Shown: one piece after another, positions 10,301 to 20,424 of the stretch
Layout: every line of letters starts with the position of its first letter
How positions within the stretch are numbered: the first letter of the stretch is position 1
The notes under the pieces: model-generated
What the model was told of the DNA's origin: nothing
Database searches by the model: none
The model's input: only the letters and a program-made list of their open reading frames with translations
Program-made: the position numbers and the translations under genes
Assembly (NCBI GenBank): GCA_003485765.1
Contig: DNHS01000051.1
Coordinates: forward strand, 2,314-66,313
Reading direction: 5' to 3'
Length of the DNA: 64,000 nt
Source of the DNA: Candidatus Omnitrophota bacterium
GTDB taxonomy: Bacteria > Omnitrophota > Gorgyraeia > Gorgyraeales > Gorgyraeaceae

Positions 10301-10549
10301 CTATACGCCTTTTTCAACTTTTGAACGTATTTCTAAAAGCAGAGTTACTACTTCTGCTGTAACAAGAAATATGAAGAAATACACTATTCCTAATAAAAGC
10401 CCTATAAAACCTGTTGCTTTAGGAGCCTCTGGTGTGCCGCCTCCTATGAATATGACAATAGCAGCTACTATCCCTATTGCCAGAGAAGCCCAGGATAAAA
10501 CCTTGAATACTACAGAACTAATTTCTAAAACTTTGTATTTTTTATCCAT
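10301..10549 (-). CDS. Small 2-TM membrane protein
   Basis: Two hydrophobic segments, GGGGG RBS-like sequence, downstream terminator. Confidence 0.75.
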   Translation of the reverse strand: MDKKYKVLEISSVVFKVLSWASLAIGIVAAIVIFIGGGTPEAPKATGFIGLLLGIVYFFIFLVTAEVVTLLLEIRSKVEKGV

Positions 10550-10679
10550 TACATCCCCCTTTCTTTAACTTGTTTATTTTAAAATAGTTACGCTATACGA
10601 TACGGTTATTTGACCTTTGCCCTCGCAACGCCATGAAAAAAACAAGAGCTGCTCGGGACAGTTTTTGCTTTGCAAAAAC

Positions 10680-10756
10680 TGGTAGCCCCAACCGGATTTG
10701 AACCGGTGTCTGATGGCTGAGAACCACCTGTCCTAGACCAGGCTAGACGATAGGGC
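10680..10756 (-). tRNA. tRNA-Glu (CTC)
   Basis: GCCCTATCGTCTAGCCTGGTCTAGGACAGGTGGTT-CTC-AGCCATC...GGTTCAAATCC GGTTGGGGCTACCA cloverleaf. Confidence 0.95.
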
Positions 10757-10941
10757 CTATAGTTCTCCAATCCGCATCAGTACCCGGCCTTTTGCCTATT
10801 CCTAAATTATATTAAAGAACAAATTACAAGATAACCAAATTTACTATAGCGTAGACATCATTTTAATGATTTTTCTGAGTTTGTCAAGCTGAAATTTGAT
10901 TTTGATCTTTGTTTTTGTTATTTAAGAAATCAATAAAAACA

Positions 10942-10970
10942 TTGACATAGTATATCTTATTAGGTATTAT
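10942..10970 (+). promoter_or_regulatory. Sigma70-type promoter of the FIST operon
   Basis: TTGACA-17 bp-TATTAT just upstream of ATG 10989. Confidence 0.6.
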
Positions 10971-10988
10971 TCTTGATGAGAACAAAAA

Positions 10989-12176
10989 ATGGCTACTGTT
11001 ATAGGAACTGGTATAAGCACTAAATTAGATTCCTTCGCTTCAGGTAAAGAAGCTGCCTTAAGCGCCTATTATCAAATCGAAAAAAAAGACCCTAGTATAG
11101 TAATTACATTTATATCTACAATATTCAATCAAGAGGCCGTAATAAAAGGTATACGTTCTATAATAAGAGATGCGCCATTAATAGGATGCTCCAGTATAGG
11201 GTCTATTTCTACCTATGGTTCTCACAGAGACTCGGTAGCTGTATTTATAATCAGCTCTGATTCTATTGAATTTTCTTATGGGATAGGCCGCGAGATTAAT
11301 AAGTCTTCGCGTTTAGCAGGGCACAAAGCTAGTAAACAGGCTTCTGACTCAACGCACAGTCCAAAACAGCTTTATATGATGTTTTCTGACAGCCTGTCAG
11401 GAAACAGCGCTGATATTCTAAGAGGCGCGCAGGAAGTGCTGGGAACAAGTTTTCCTATAATAGGCGGCGGCGCGTGCAATAAATCATGCATTGAAAAAAC
11501 ATATCAATATATAAATGGCGATATACATACAAATTCTGTAGTGGGAATTCTATTATCAGGAGACATAAAGTTAGGCATGGGGCAATCCAGCGGATGGCAG
11601 CCTATAGGAAAACCGCATAAAGTCACAAAAGCAAAATCTAATACCATAAAAGAAATAGATAAAAAAATCGCCGTGGAAATATATGAGGATTATTTTGAAA
11701 AATCTGCTGAGAAACTTAGAAATGAAGATATTTGTAAACTAGGTCTTTATTATCCTATTGGCATGCGTTGGATCAATAAAGATAAAGAGTATCTTACGAG
11801 GATCCCTTTAACAATAGAGGAGAACGGAAGCCTTATTTTAAACGGAGATATACAAGAAGATGAGTATATAAGCTTGATGATAGGCGATAAAGATCTTGTT
11901 TTGGAATCTGCAAAAAAGGCTGCGTTAATGGCTATAAGTAATAGCAAAAACGCAAAAATAGAATTCGCCATTATGTTCAGCGGCATAAGCCGGCTATTAT
12001 TACTAAGAAAAGACGCCTACAAAGAAATAGATACTGTGAAAAAAATTATAGGTAAAAATATACCTATCTTGGGATGCTACACGCTAGGAGAATACGCGCC
12101 TTTTAACGCAGAAGAATCTAAAGGCCAGTGTCATTTTAATAACCAGAGTATCTCTATAGCATTATTTTCAGAGTAA
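10989..12176 (+). CDS. FIST N/C-domain sensor protein (NosP-like)
   Basis: FPIIGGGA, GWQPIGKPHKVTKA and GCYTLGEYAP..HFNNQS FIST motifs. Confidence 0.88.
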   Translation: MATVIGTGISTKLDSFASGKEAALSAYYQIEKKDPSIVITFISTIFNQEAVIKGIRSIIRDAPLIGCSSIGSISTYGSHRDSVAVFIISSDSIEFSYGIGREINKSSRLAGHKASKQASDSTHSPKQLYMMFSDSLSGNSADILRGAQEVLGTSFPIIGGGACNKSCIEKTYQYINGDIHTNSVVGILLSGDIKLGMGQSSGWQPIGKPHKVTKAKSNTIKEIDKKIAVEIYEDYFEKSAEKLRNEDICKLGLYYPIGMRWINKDKEYLTRIPLTIEENGSLILNGDIQEDEYISLMIGDKDLVLESAKKAALMAISNSKNAKIEFAIMFSGISRLLLLRKDAYKEIDTVKKIIGKNIPILGCYTLGEYAPFNAEESKGQCHFNNQSISIALFSE

Positions 12177-12178
12177 AT

Positions 12179-13648
12179 ATGGACATATATATAATAATCT
12201 CTGTTTTAATTATTGGCGTTCTTTTTATATTATATTATTTTGAAAGAAATAGGCGTGGAGGGTCTGAAAAACTAAATAAAAGACTACAGGATATAATAGA
12301 CCAGTTGGATAGCCAGGCAAGGATAATCATAAAAACTGACTTGGCGCTTAATAGGGCGCAAGAAGACCTGGACAGGAAAATAACAGGCCTATACACGCTT
12401 CACGAACTTGGCAAAGAGGTAAGTTCCACTTTTAATATAGAAAATATTTTTAGCCTGATAAACCAGCCTTTTGTGCTTAAATTAGGTTTTTCAAAATTAT
12501 TGATTATGTTAAAAGATAATCTCTCAGGAATGCTCGTGACAAAAAGTTCCATAGGTTATTCTGATGCTGAAATAAAAACAATAGAACTAGATCTCAATAA
12601 AAGAAAGTTTGCTAATTTGCTATTTAAAAAAGAAAAACCCATGCTAATCAATAGAGATACTGAAAGCGCGAGCCAGGAATACGCTCTTCTGGATATCTTA
12701 AACACAGAATCTTTTATAACAGCTCCTATTGCAGTAAAAGACGAATCCGTTGGCTTTATACTTATGGGAAACACTTCTCTGTATGGCAAAGTCGTTGAAG
12801 GCGATTCAGAACTTTTGTCCATATTCGCCAACCAGATAGGGGCAGCTATTGAAAATACAAAACTCTACACAGAACTTTTCGGTTCGCATAAGGAACTGGA
12901 AAGAAGGGTTGTAGAACGCACCCAGGAACTCGAAAAATTGAATGAAGAGCTTAAAAATCTCAATAAAATGAAATCTGATTTCATATCTAGCGTATCTCAT
13001 GAACTGCGTACGCCTCTGACATCCATAAAAGGCTATGCCTCGATCCTGATGACAGGTAAACTGGGGGATGTTTTGCCAGCTCAGAAAGAACGGCTGGAAA
13101 AGATAGATAAACACTCCAATAGCCTGGTCCATCTGATAAATAACCTCCTGGATATAGCCAGGATAGAATCTGGGAATGTCCAGATGGAGATGAAAGACAT
13201 CTCTATAAAAGAAATGCTAGATTCAATTGTGGATATAATCATTCCCCAGGTTAAAGAAAAAAATATCTCCTTAAAAATAAATTCTAAAATAAAATTCGAC
13301 AGGATAAAAGTTGACCCGAGCCAAATGGAAAGGGTGTTTTTGAATCTTTTAAGTAACGCTGTAAAATTCACTCCTGAGAAAGGTATGGTAATCATTGAAA
13401 TAAAAGAAAAAAATGATGATATCCAATTCAGCATAGAGGACACAGGCATAGGGATTCCTACTCAGGATATACCAAAAGTATTTCAGGAATTTTTCAGGGC
13501 AGACAATGCCCTGGACCAGAAGATAAAAGGATCCGGGCTTGGCCTATCTCTTGTTAAAAAAATAATAGAGGCTCATAAGGGCAAAATCTGGTTTGATAGC
13601 GAATTAGGCAAAGGCTCAAGATTCACATTTACGCTGCCCAAATATTAA
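12179..13648 (+). CDS. Membrane-anchored GAF sensor histidine kinase
   Basis: H-box SHELRTPL, N-box NLLSNAVKFT, G boxes DTGIG and GSGLGL; GAF region; N-terminal TM. Confidence 0.95.
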   Translation: MDIYIIISVLIIGVLFILYYFERNRRGGSEKLNKRLQDIIDQLDSQARIIIKTDLALNRAQEDLDRKITGLYTLHELGKEVSSTFNIENIFSLINQPFVLKLGFSKLLIMLKDNLSGMLVTKSSIGYSDAEIKTIELDLNKRKFANLLFKKEKPMLINRDTESASQEYALLDILNTESFITAPIAVKDESVGFILMGNTSLYGKVVEGDSELLSIFANQIGAAIENTKLYTELFGSHKELERRVVERTQELEKLNEELKNLNKMKSDFISSVSHELRTPLTSIKGYASILMTGKLGDVLPAQKERLEKIDKHSNSLVHLINNLLDIARIESGNVQMEMKDISIKEMLDSIVDIIIPQVKEKNISLKINSKIKFDRIKVDPSQMERVFLNLLSNAVKFTPEKGMVIIEIKEKNDDIQFSIEDTGIGIPTQDIPKVFQEFFRADNALDQKIKGSGLGLSLVKKIIEAHKGKIWFDSELGKGSRFTFTLPKY

Positions 13649-13662
13649 AGGAGCTGGAGTAT

Positions 13663-14598
13663 ATGCTAAAAGAAAAGATACTAATAGCAGACGATGATCT
13701 GGATATACTGGATGTCATAAAAATAACTCTTGAAACAGAAGGTTATGAAGTTTTAGAGGCTCATGACGGCAAAGAAGCTATTGAGATGATAAAAAAATCC
13801 ACTCCTGACCTTCTTATAATAGACTTTAAAATGCCTAGGATGTGCGGAGATGAGGTATGCAAAATATTAAAACAGGACATACTGATACAGCACATGCCTA
13901 TTATAATGCTTACAGGTAAAGGCGAGGTAACTGATAAGATATATGGCATCAACGCAGGCGCTGACGATTATATGGTGAAACCTTTTGAGCCCCAGGAATT
14001 AGTAGCCAGGGTAAAAATGGTGCTTCGCAGAACAGCCAGGGATCTGGATGCGAATCCGCTTACAAGGCTTCCTGGTAATGTTTCTATAATAAATGAGCTA
14101 CGCATCCGAATAAATAAAAACGAACTTTTTGCAGTGTGCTATGTTGACCTTGATAAATTCAAGGCATTTAATGATAAATACGGATTTGAAAAAGGCGATG
14201 AGGTAATAAAAAATACCGCCAGGATACTGATAGACTCTGTGCAGAAAAAAGGCACGCCTCAGGATTTCATAGGCCATATAGGAGGCGATGATTTTGTAGT
14301 AGTAACAGTTCCTGATAAAGTAGATGAGTTGTGCAAAAAAATCATAGCTGACTTCAGCTCAATGGTTCCTGGGCTATACAATAAAGAAGACCTGAAAAAA
14401 GGCTATATAATAGGGAAAGATCGGCAAAAAAAAATCAGAAAGATCCCTCTTCTTTCAATATCAATAGGAGTTGTAACTAACGAGAAGAATGAAATCAATC
14501 ATGTGGGAGAAATTGGCGAATTAGGCGCTGAACTAAAAGAATACGCCAAAAGCCTTCCTGGAAGCAACTACGTAAAAGAACGAAGAGAGATTAGTTGA
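13663..14598 (+). CDS. Response regulator with GGDEF domain
   Basis: REC domain, then DLDKFKAFNDKYG and GHIGGDDF. Confidence 0.93.
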   Translation: MLKEKILIADDDLDILDVIKITLETEGYEVLEAHDGKEAIEMIKKSTPDLLIIDFKMPRMCGDEVCKILKQDILIQHMPIIMLTGKGEVTDKIYGINAGADDYMVKPFEPQELVARVKMVLRRTARDLDANPLTRLPGNVSIINELRIRINKNELFAVCYVDLDKFKAFNDKYGFEKGDEVIKNTARILIDSVQKKGTPQDFIGHIGGDDFVVVTVPDKVDELCKKIIADFSSMVPGLYNKEDLKKGYIIGKDRQKKIRKIPLLSISIGVVTNEKNEINHVGEIGELGAELKEYAKSLPGSNYVKERREIS

Positions 14599-14686
14599 AT
14601 ATCCTTCCCTTCACTCAGCATTGTAGGCCCTTCGACTGCTCTTTATTCAATCGCAGTCTCAGGACCAAATTTGCCTTCGGCAAATT

Positions 14687-14773
14687 TGGTGCGCGGGACA
14701 GGATTTGAACCTGCAAAGGATTGCTCCCAACAGCCCCTCAAACTGTCGTGTCTGCCAATTTCACCACCCGCGC
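14687..14773 (-). tRNA. tRNA-Leu (GAG)
   Basis: GCGCGGGTGGTGAAATTGGCAGACACGACAGTTT-GAG-GGGCTGT, long variable arm, GGTTCAAATCC...CACCA. Confidence 0.95.
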
Positions 14774-14843
14774 GCTAAAATCTAGAGCTATTATATAAAA
14801 CATAGTATTAAATATCAAGCATAATTGACTAAAAGATACGTTA

Positions 14844-14884
14844 AACAACTTTACAAATTGACAATGTCAATTTGTAAAGTTGTT
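14844..14884. repeat. 41-bp palindrome family, copy A (perfect)
   Basis: AACAACTTTACAAATTGACA-A-TGTCAATTTGTAAAGTTGTT. Confidence 0.9.
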
Positions 14885-14907
14885 ATACATTGGGAGAACA
14901 ACTAGAA

Positions 14908-16452
14908 CTATATCTTTTCCCGCAGCTGTCTTTTGAGTATTTTCCCTGTAGATGTCCTAGGAAAAATCTGCTTAAATTCTACAAATTTAGGAATTTTAAA
15001 TAAAGCCAGATTTTTTCTTAGATATTTAATAACCTCTGATCCGCTGAGCGTTTCATTTTCTTTTAAAATAATAAATGCCTTTGGCACCTCTCCTTTAAAT
15101 TTATCAGCTATGCCTATAACTGCCGCTTCTTTAATCTTAGGATGCTTCAGCAAAACCTTTTCTATTTCTACTGGATAAACATTAAAGCCCCGAACATTGA
15201 TCATGTCCTTTTTTCTATCTACAATATAAATATATCCATCTTCATCAAGCTTGGCTATATCTCCTGTATAAAGCCAATTATCTTTTATGACTTCTTTTGT
15301 TTCAGCATCGTTATTAAAATACCCTTTCATTATATTATCTCCCTTAACCAGAAGCTCGCCTACCTCATTACAAGTTAACTGGTTATTCTTATCATCAACT
15401 ATTTTTACTTCTACGCCCTCAATAGGTAAGCCCACTGAACCAGGTTTTCTTATTCCACGCGCTGGATTAAATGATACCACAGGCGAAGCTTCTGTTAATC
15501 CATACCCTTCCACAAGAGGAACTCTGAATTTATTTTCAAAAGCCTTTAAAACCTCTGTTGGTAATGCCGCTGCGCCTGAAATGCAGAGTTTAATAGGATC
15601 TATAAGCTTAAGCACTCTGGAAGTAAACACATGAGGTATCTCCATATGAGCTAAGACATTAAATATGGCAGGTATGCCGATAAATACAGTGATTTTCTTT
15701 TTTATTATATTTCTAATAACCCTGCGAAAAGGCCTTACGTGCTCGATTATAGTAATGCTAGCCCCCACTGCAAGCGGCAGAAGAATACAGACAGTGAAAG
15801 CAAAAGAGTGAAACATAGGCAAGACGCAAATAAAGTTATCTTTTTCAGATACATCTATGCCGGATATACAACTCTTAACATTGGAGAGAAAATTTTTATG
15901 AGTGAGCATTGCGCCTTTAGGGTTACCGGTTGTGCCAGAAGTATAAAGTATAGAGGCGACTTCATCTGGTTTTATCAAAACATCTTCTTTTTTTATAATA
16001 CTCCGCTCTATTATTTCATAAAAATTAAAAGTATTGGGGACTAAGCCATCTATAATAACTGTATATTTCAAATCAGGAGATTTCATCTTCGCTAAGTTTA
16101 TAATATCTAAATTTGCGACTGAGCTTATAATAAGCTTTGCGCCGGAATCCTTTAAAATGAATCCAAGCTCCTCCTCCTTTAGCATATTATTTATAGGCAC
16201 GCAGATTGTCTCTATATTAATAATGGCAAAATAACTGACTATAAATTCCGGGGTATTATGTAAAAATAACGCTACCTTATCTTTCTTTTTAATACCCAGA
16301 TTTTTCAAGCCCTGGCCCAACCTGCTGGCTGTATGGTATAATTCTTTATAACTAATCTTTTTATCTAAAAAAAATAAAGCAGTTTTATCGGGAAATTTAT
16401 CTGCGCTTTTTTCAAACATCATTGTTAAATTTTCAACTAATCTATCTCTCAT
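14908..16452 (-). CDS. fadD: Long-chain fatty acid-CoA ligase
   Basis: YTSGTTGNPKG, EGYGLTEASP and TGDIA adenylation motifs. Confidence 0.88.
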   Translation of the reverse strand: MRDRLVENLTMMFEKSADKFPDKTALFFLDKKISYKELYHTASRLGQGLKNLGIKKKDKVALFLHNTPEFIVSYFAIINIETICVPINNMLKEEELGFILKDSGAKLIISSVANLDIINLAKMKSPDLKYTVIIDGLVPNTFNFYEIIERSIIKKEDVLIKPDEVASILYTSGTTGNPKGAMLTHKNFLSNVKSCISGIDVSEKDNFICVLPMFHSFAFTVCILLPLAVGASITIIEHVRPFRRVIRNIIKKKITVFIGIPAIFNVLAHMEIPHVFTSRVLKLIDPIKLCISGAAALPTEVLKAFENKFRVPLVEGYGLTEASPVVSFNPARGIRKPGSVGLPIEGVEVKIVDDKNNQLTCNEVGELLVKGDNIMKGYFNNDAETKEVIKDNWLYTGDIAKLDEDGYIYIVDRKKDMINVRGFNVYPVEIEKVLLKHPKIKEAAVIGIADKFKGEVPKAFIILKENETLSGSEVIKYLRKNLALFKIPKFVEFKQIFPRTSTGKILKRQLREKI

Positions 16453-16472
16453 ATTTTTTTATCCAGACTCTT

Positions 16473-16516
16473 AAAAAAAATAAGGCCCGGCGTTATACTA
16501 TAGCCGGGCCTTATTT
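16473..16516 (-). terminator. Rho-independent terminator of csp
   Basis: AAATAAGGCCCGGC...GCCGGGCCTTATTT plus T-run. Confidence 0.8.
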
Positions 16517-16525
16517 GCATCTAAG

Positions 16526-16729
16526 TTATACCTTTACTACGTTTGTTGCCTGAGGTCCCTTGGGCCCCTCTCCGATTTCAAATTCAACTGCCTGTCCTTC
16601 GCTTAAAGATTTGAAACCTTCGCCTTGAATTGCATTGTGGTGAACAAAACAATCTTTGCTTCCATCATCAGGTGTAATAAATCCATAACCTTTTTGGTCG
16701 TTGAACCACTTAACTTTTCCTTTTGCCAT
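16526..16729 (-). CDS. cspA: Cold-shock protein
   Basis: [22 protein letters not shown]. Confidence 0.97.
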   Translation of the reverse strand: MAKGKVKWFNDQKGYGFITPDDGSKDCFVHHNAIQGEGFKSLSEGQAVEFEIGEGPKGPQATNVVKV

Positions 16730-16882
16730 TGTCCGCTACCTCCTTCCAATAAAATTTTAGCAAATAATGGCAGAAAGAAAAACCGCAAGGCGAATTCTAT
16801 TTTACCTTACGGCTATAAACTTCTACTCACCTATTTACTATTGAGTTTAGTATACCTTAGTTCTCTCTAGTTGTCAATAAAA

Positions 16883-19360
16883 TTATATATTAAAATCTAA
16901 TACCCTGTGATCTCTTTTGATGTCTTGTATTGTCGCCGGACTGAGGTCGTCTTCTATAAGGTCCTTACTTTTAGCTATCTCCGCAGCTTCAAGGTGCATT
17001 TCGAGATCTAGGCTGGCATTGCGATTGTGAATTAAAAATCCCGGCATACGATCCAGACCCATGAGTTTTCTGAATTTATTATAAGTTTTGCCAACTACGG
17101 AGCGACTCATAGAAAGCTTACGGCCGATTTCTCTATTTGATAATCCTTGGATCTTATAGCTAAGAATCCTGCTTCCATTTACAATAGTTTTCAGCAACCT
17201 GACATCAGCTTTTTCGACAAGGCCTATTTCATCAGCTATCCCAAAAACATAAAGACATTGCTCGAGTTTAGCAGCGTAACCCTCATCTCTCACAGGATAC
17301 AACCCCAGCTTTTTTATGGCGTTAATGTAATATCTCGCATTAAGAGCCTCGGTGACGCCTTTCTCTAATAACAGTTGAGGCACACGAGCCAATGCTTCTT
17401 TTTCTCTCGGATTGAGCTGAGGCAAGCCTAGAAATCGTCTTAACAAAGCAAAATCAACATTGACCACTCCATTTTCTCTAGCCTGATTTAATTCATCTGA
17501 GCTCGTATAAGTATAGATCAAGGCCCTTTTAAATGCTCTGTAAATATCTTCTTGCCTGTATTTAAAATCTGTCTGTCCACGTAAAGCTCTTGCCCATATG
17601 ACAAAAAAGTACAAGAACATACTGCCCTCTAATTTTCTAACTTCTCCATGCCCTGATTTATAAATAAGAATTTTATCCACGACATTTTCATAGCTATGGT
17701 CTGTTGCGTTATTTCTCCACGCTTCAATTAATCTATCCACGTCCATTCCTACATCAACACTCTTTGCTCCAAATTTAACCGCTTCTGTCAATATCTTTGC
17801 TAACATTGAATTTTCATCCGGGACCTTTCTCTGCCAGAATGTGTCCAATTTGTCGAGCGCAATTAGCATATCAAGTTTTAACATTGCCTCACAAGCGTCA
17901 ATAAGGAGTTTCTGTTCCCTGGCATCGGCCGGATGGTAGAATCCAGGACTTTCGCTTAATTTACCAAATTCTATTTTCTCTGACCATGGCTTGTCGTTCT
18001 GATTAACAACCTTGTCTTTTTCATCTATAATTGTGGCACTGACAGGCTCTCTGTAGAGAAAACGGACCTTAACAGGCAAACCTGCGGCTTCATTGCGTGG
18101 CTCAAAGTATGTTAAATACTTACCAAATATAAACAGGTTTGCTTGCTGACTAAGTCTTGGCCCGAAAAGATAACTATCCGCGGCCCCATCCAATACATCA
18201 AGATTGACTTCAGTCCATAGATAACGGGCATCTTCTTTATCGCCTTCGGCTTGACCTATCCACCTGCCTGTAATATTATCGAAAATAGCATACCTAAATC
18301 CTCCTTCTATTGTCTTTTCATCCAAATCCCTTTCTCGTATAGGATATAATCTAGCCACCTGCCTTCTTACATACCACTGATGCCTCTCTGAAACAGGCCT
18401 TATATCAAGCGTAAGAGGATTCCCCAGATAGTCCATAATGGGGTTGCCTCTATAATCCAGGGTAGGCTTTCCATCTTCATCCACAAATCGCATCCTCGAC
18501 ATATAATAGTCTGCGTGCTTATTTTTCCGCGCAGTTGTCCAATCGAATTCTGCTTCAAATCTTGCCCCTTGCAGCCTTTTGTCTTCAAGCGTAACCCACC
18601 TTTTAGGCATTTTTTGCTTGGGACTAGATATTGTGTTTAGCCCTAAGGACACAGTTCCGTCTTTCTTGCTCACACAGGCCTTCTCTCCTCTTATTAAGAT
18701 CCTGCGCCCTTCAAATCTCATCATCCTGCTCCTGCTTAACCTATTGCAAGAACCTGCAAGCTTTAATTCACCATTGTCTTCGATAACGTATATAAGAAGC
18801 GGCTCTATTATCTTGATTATGCTCTCGTCTTTTACAATCCTAACCTGTGTCACCTGGCCCTGGATAACATCAAACTCTATTTCCAAGCCTTCGTGCTCTC
18901 CTAAATTTAATCTGTGCTCTCCGCCTATATGAAGTTTACTCGATGATGAGAAATGACCTATAGTAACCCTATCTAACTTTAAAAAATCCTCTCCAGATAT
19001 TCCTTTTGCCGGGTCAAAGTAAACAACATCCCCTGTATCCCAGTGATAAATAAAAGCTTCATTACCTCTCCGGCCGATATGTGCGCCAGTGGCAGGGTCT
19101 AGCAACCTGTCATGGGCTATCTGTAAATTATTGGCCGCCTTTTTATCATCCGGAATACCGGCAAGAAATTTCTTCCGCTCACTATCCCTTAAACTTTCTA
19201 ATAATCTCTCCCGGCCATCTTTGTTATTAGAAATAAGCTGAGGCCTCAGATTGGTTTTTTTGGGTAGCTCTATACCATAGCATGTACTTGTAACAGTGAA
19301 TGTTACAAGTACAATTGTTGATATTATCCTGATGATGAAAAGTTTTTTAAAGTTTAACAT
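16883..19360 (-). CDS. Large hypothetical protein with N-terminal signal-like sequence and C-terminal HTH
   Basis: 825-aa ORF; hydrophobic N-terminus; GLSNREIGRKLSMSRSVV resembles a LuxR/sigma region 4 HTH. Confidence 0.75.
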   Translation of the reverse strand: MLNFKKLFIIRIISTIVLVTFTVTSTCYGIELPKKTNLRPQLISNNKDGRERLLESLRDSERKKFLAGIPDDKKAANNLQIAHDRLLDPATGAHIGRRGNEAFIYHWDTGDVVYFDPAKGISGEDFLKLDRVTIGHFSSSSKLHIGGEHRLNLGEHEGLEIEFDVIQGQVTQVRIVKDESIIKIIEPLLIYVIEDNGELKLAGSCNRLSRSRMMRFEGRRILIRGEKACVSKKDGTVSLGLNTISSPKQKMPKRWVTLEDKRLQGARFEAEFDWTTARKNKHADYYMSRMRFVDEDGKPTLDYRGNPIMDYLGNPLTLDIRPVSERHQWYVRRQVARLYPIRERDLDEKTIEGGFRYAIFDNITGRWIGQAEGDKEDARYLWTEVNLDVLDGAADSYLFGPRLSQQANLFIFGKYLTYFEPRNEAAGLPVKVRFLYREPVSATIIDEKDKVVNQNDKPWSEKIEFGKLSESPGFYHPADAREQKLLIDACEAMLKLDMLIALDKLDTFWQRKVPDENSMLAKILTEAVKFGAKSVDVGMDVDRLIEAWRNNATDHSYENVVDKILIYKSGHGEVRKLEGSMFLYFFVIWARALRGQTDFKYRQEDIYRAFKRALIYTYTSSDELNQARENGVVNVDFALLRRFLGLPQLNPREKEALARVPQLLLEKGVTEALNARYYINAIKKLGLYPVRDEGYAAKLEQCLYVFGIADEIGLVEKADVRLLKTIVNGSRILSYKIQGLSNREIGRKLSMSRSVVGKTYNKFRKLMGLDRMPGFLIHNRNASLDLEMHLEAAEIAKSKDLIEDDLSPATIQDIKRDHRVLDFNI

Positions 19361-19430
19361 AATATAGACAAAAAAATAACCTTTCCAAATAAATTCCCAG
19401 TTTCGGTTATGTATTTAAATTTTGATAAGC

Positions 19431-20309
19431 CTAGCTCGCCTTATTTTTATGCTCTTCTTTCTTCAATGGCAATATTCCCGCCATTTCGCCAATCACGTTC
19501 ACCAATTCCGTATTCGCTGGAATCACAATCTTCGCGTTATTGGCTAAAGATTTCTCCACTGCCTCAAGTTTACGCAATACCTGGGCATTGCCGATAAAAT
19601 ACTTTTCCGCTGCTTCGTTTAACAGGCGGATTGCCTCTGCCTCGCCCTCTGCTTCCAGAATTCTAGCCTGCCTGAAACCTTCTGCTTTTTTAATCTCCGC
19701 TCTTTTCTGGCCGTCGGCTGCGGTTTCCGTGGCAGTAGCAAAATCCACTGCTGCGATTTTTTCATTTTCCGCCTTAACCACCTTGTTCATTGTTTCCTGC
19801 ACATCCTTTGGCGGATCAATCTCTTTTAATTCTGTGCGCACAATTTCAATACCCCAGCTCGAAGTCTCCTCCATTAAAGTTTTATGCAGCTCCGCATTAA
19901 TCTTGCCCCGCTCGCTATTTGCAGATTTTAAAGTCAGAGTGCCTATAATATTCCTCAAGGTAGTCCTGGCCAGGTTTACAATCTGGTATTGATAATTAAA
20001 AACATTGTACTGGCAGCCTTTGACGCTTTCCTGATCTGCCTTCACTTTAAAATATATCTGGGCATCCACCTTGGCATTAAGATTATCGTTGGTGATAATC
20101 TCCTGAGGGTCAGCATCCACCATTTTTTCGGTAATGTTTATCTGGTACATCTTATCTATTCCTGGGATAATCCAGTTAAAGCCGGCATTAGCAAAAGTAC
20201 GGTATTTTCCTAATCTCTCAATTAACCCGCGATGAGTAGGCCTGACAATCCTTATCCCTGCAAAAAATATCACAATCACAGCCATACCAAGTAAATAAAA
20301 AATATTCAC
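19431..20309 (-). CDS. SPFH/band-7 (QmcA/stomatin-like) membrane protein
   Basis: GLIERLGKY, QEIITNDN, TTLRNIIG, WGIEIVRTELKEIDPP; GTG start with AGGAGG. Confidence 0.92.
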   Translation of the reverse strand: MNIFYLLGMAVIVIFFAGIRIVRPTHRGLIERLGKYRTFANAGFNWIIPGIDKMYQINITEKMVDADPQEIITNDNLNAKVDAQIYFKVKADQESVKGCQYNVFNYQYQIVNLARTTLRNIIGTLTLKSANSERGKINAELHKTLMEETSSWGIEIVRTELKEIDPPKDVQETMNKVVKAENEKIAAVDFATATETAADGQKRAEIKKAEGFRQARILEAEGEAEAIRLLNEAAEKYFIGNAQVLRKLEAVEKSLANNAKIVIPANTELVNVIGEMAGILPLKKEEHKNKAS

Positions 20310-20424
20310 CTTGCTCCTCCTTTTTTTAAAGCATTATTAAAACAACCTTTAAGCAGACTAACTATATTATTATACTACCCCCTATTAACAAATCAAGCAG
20401 CAAGAAGCAGCGCTGGGAATCCGG

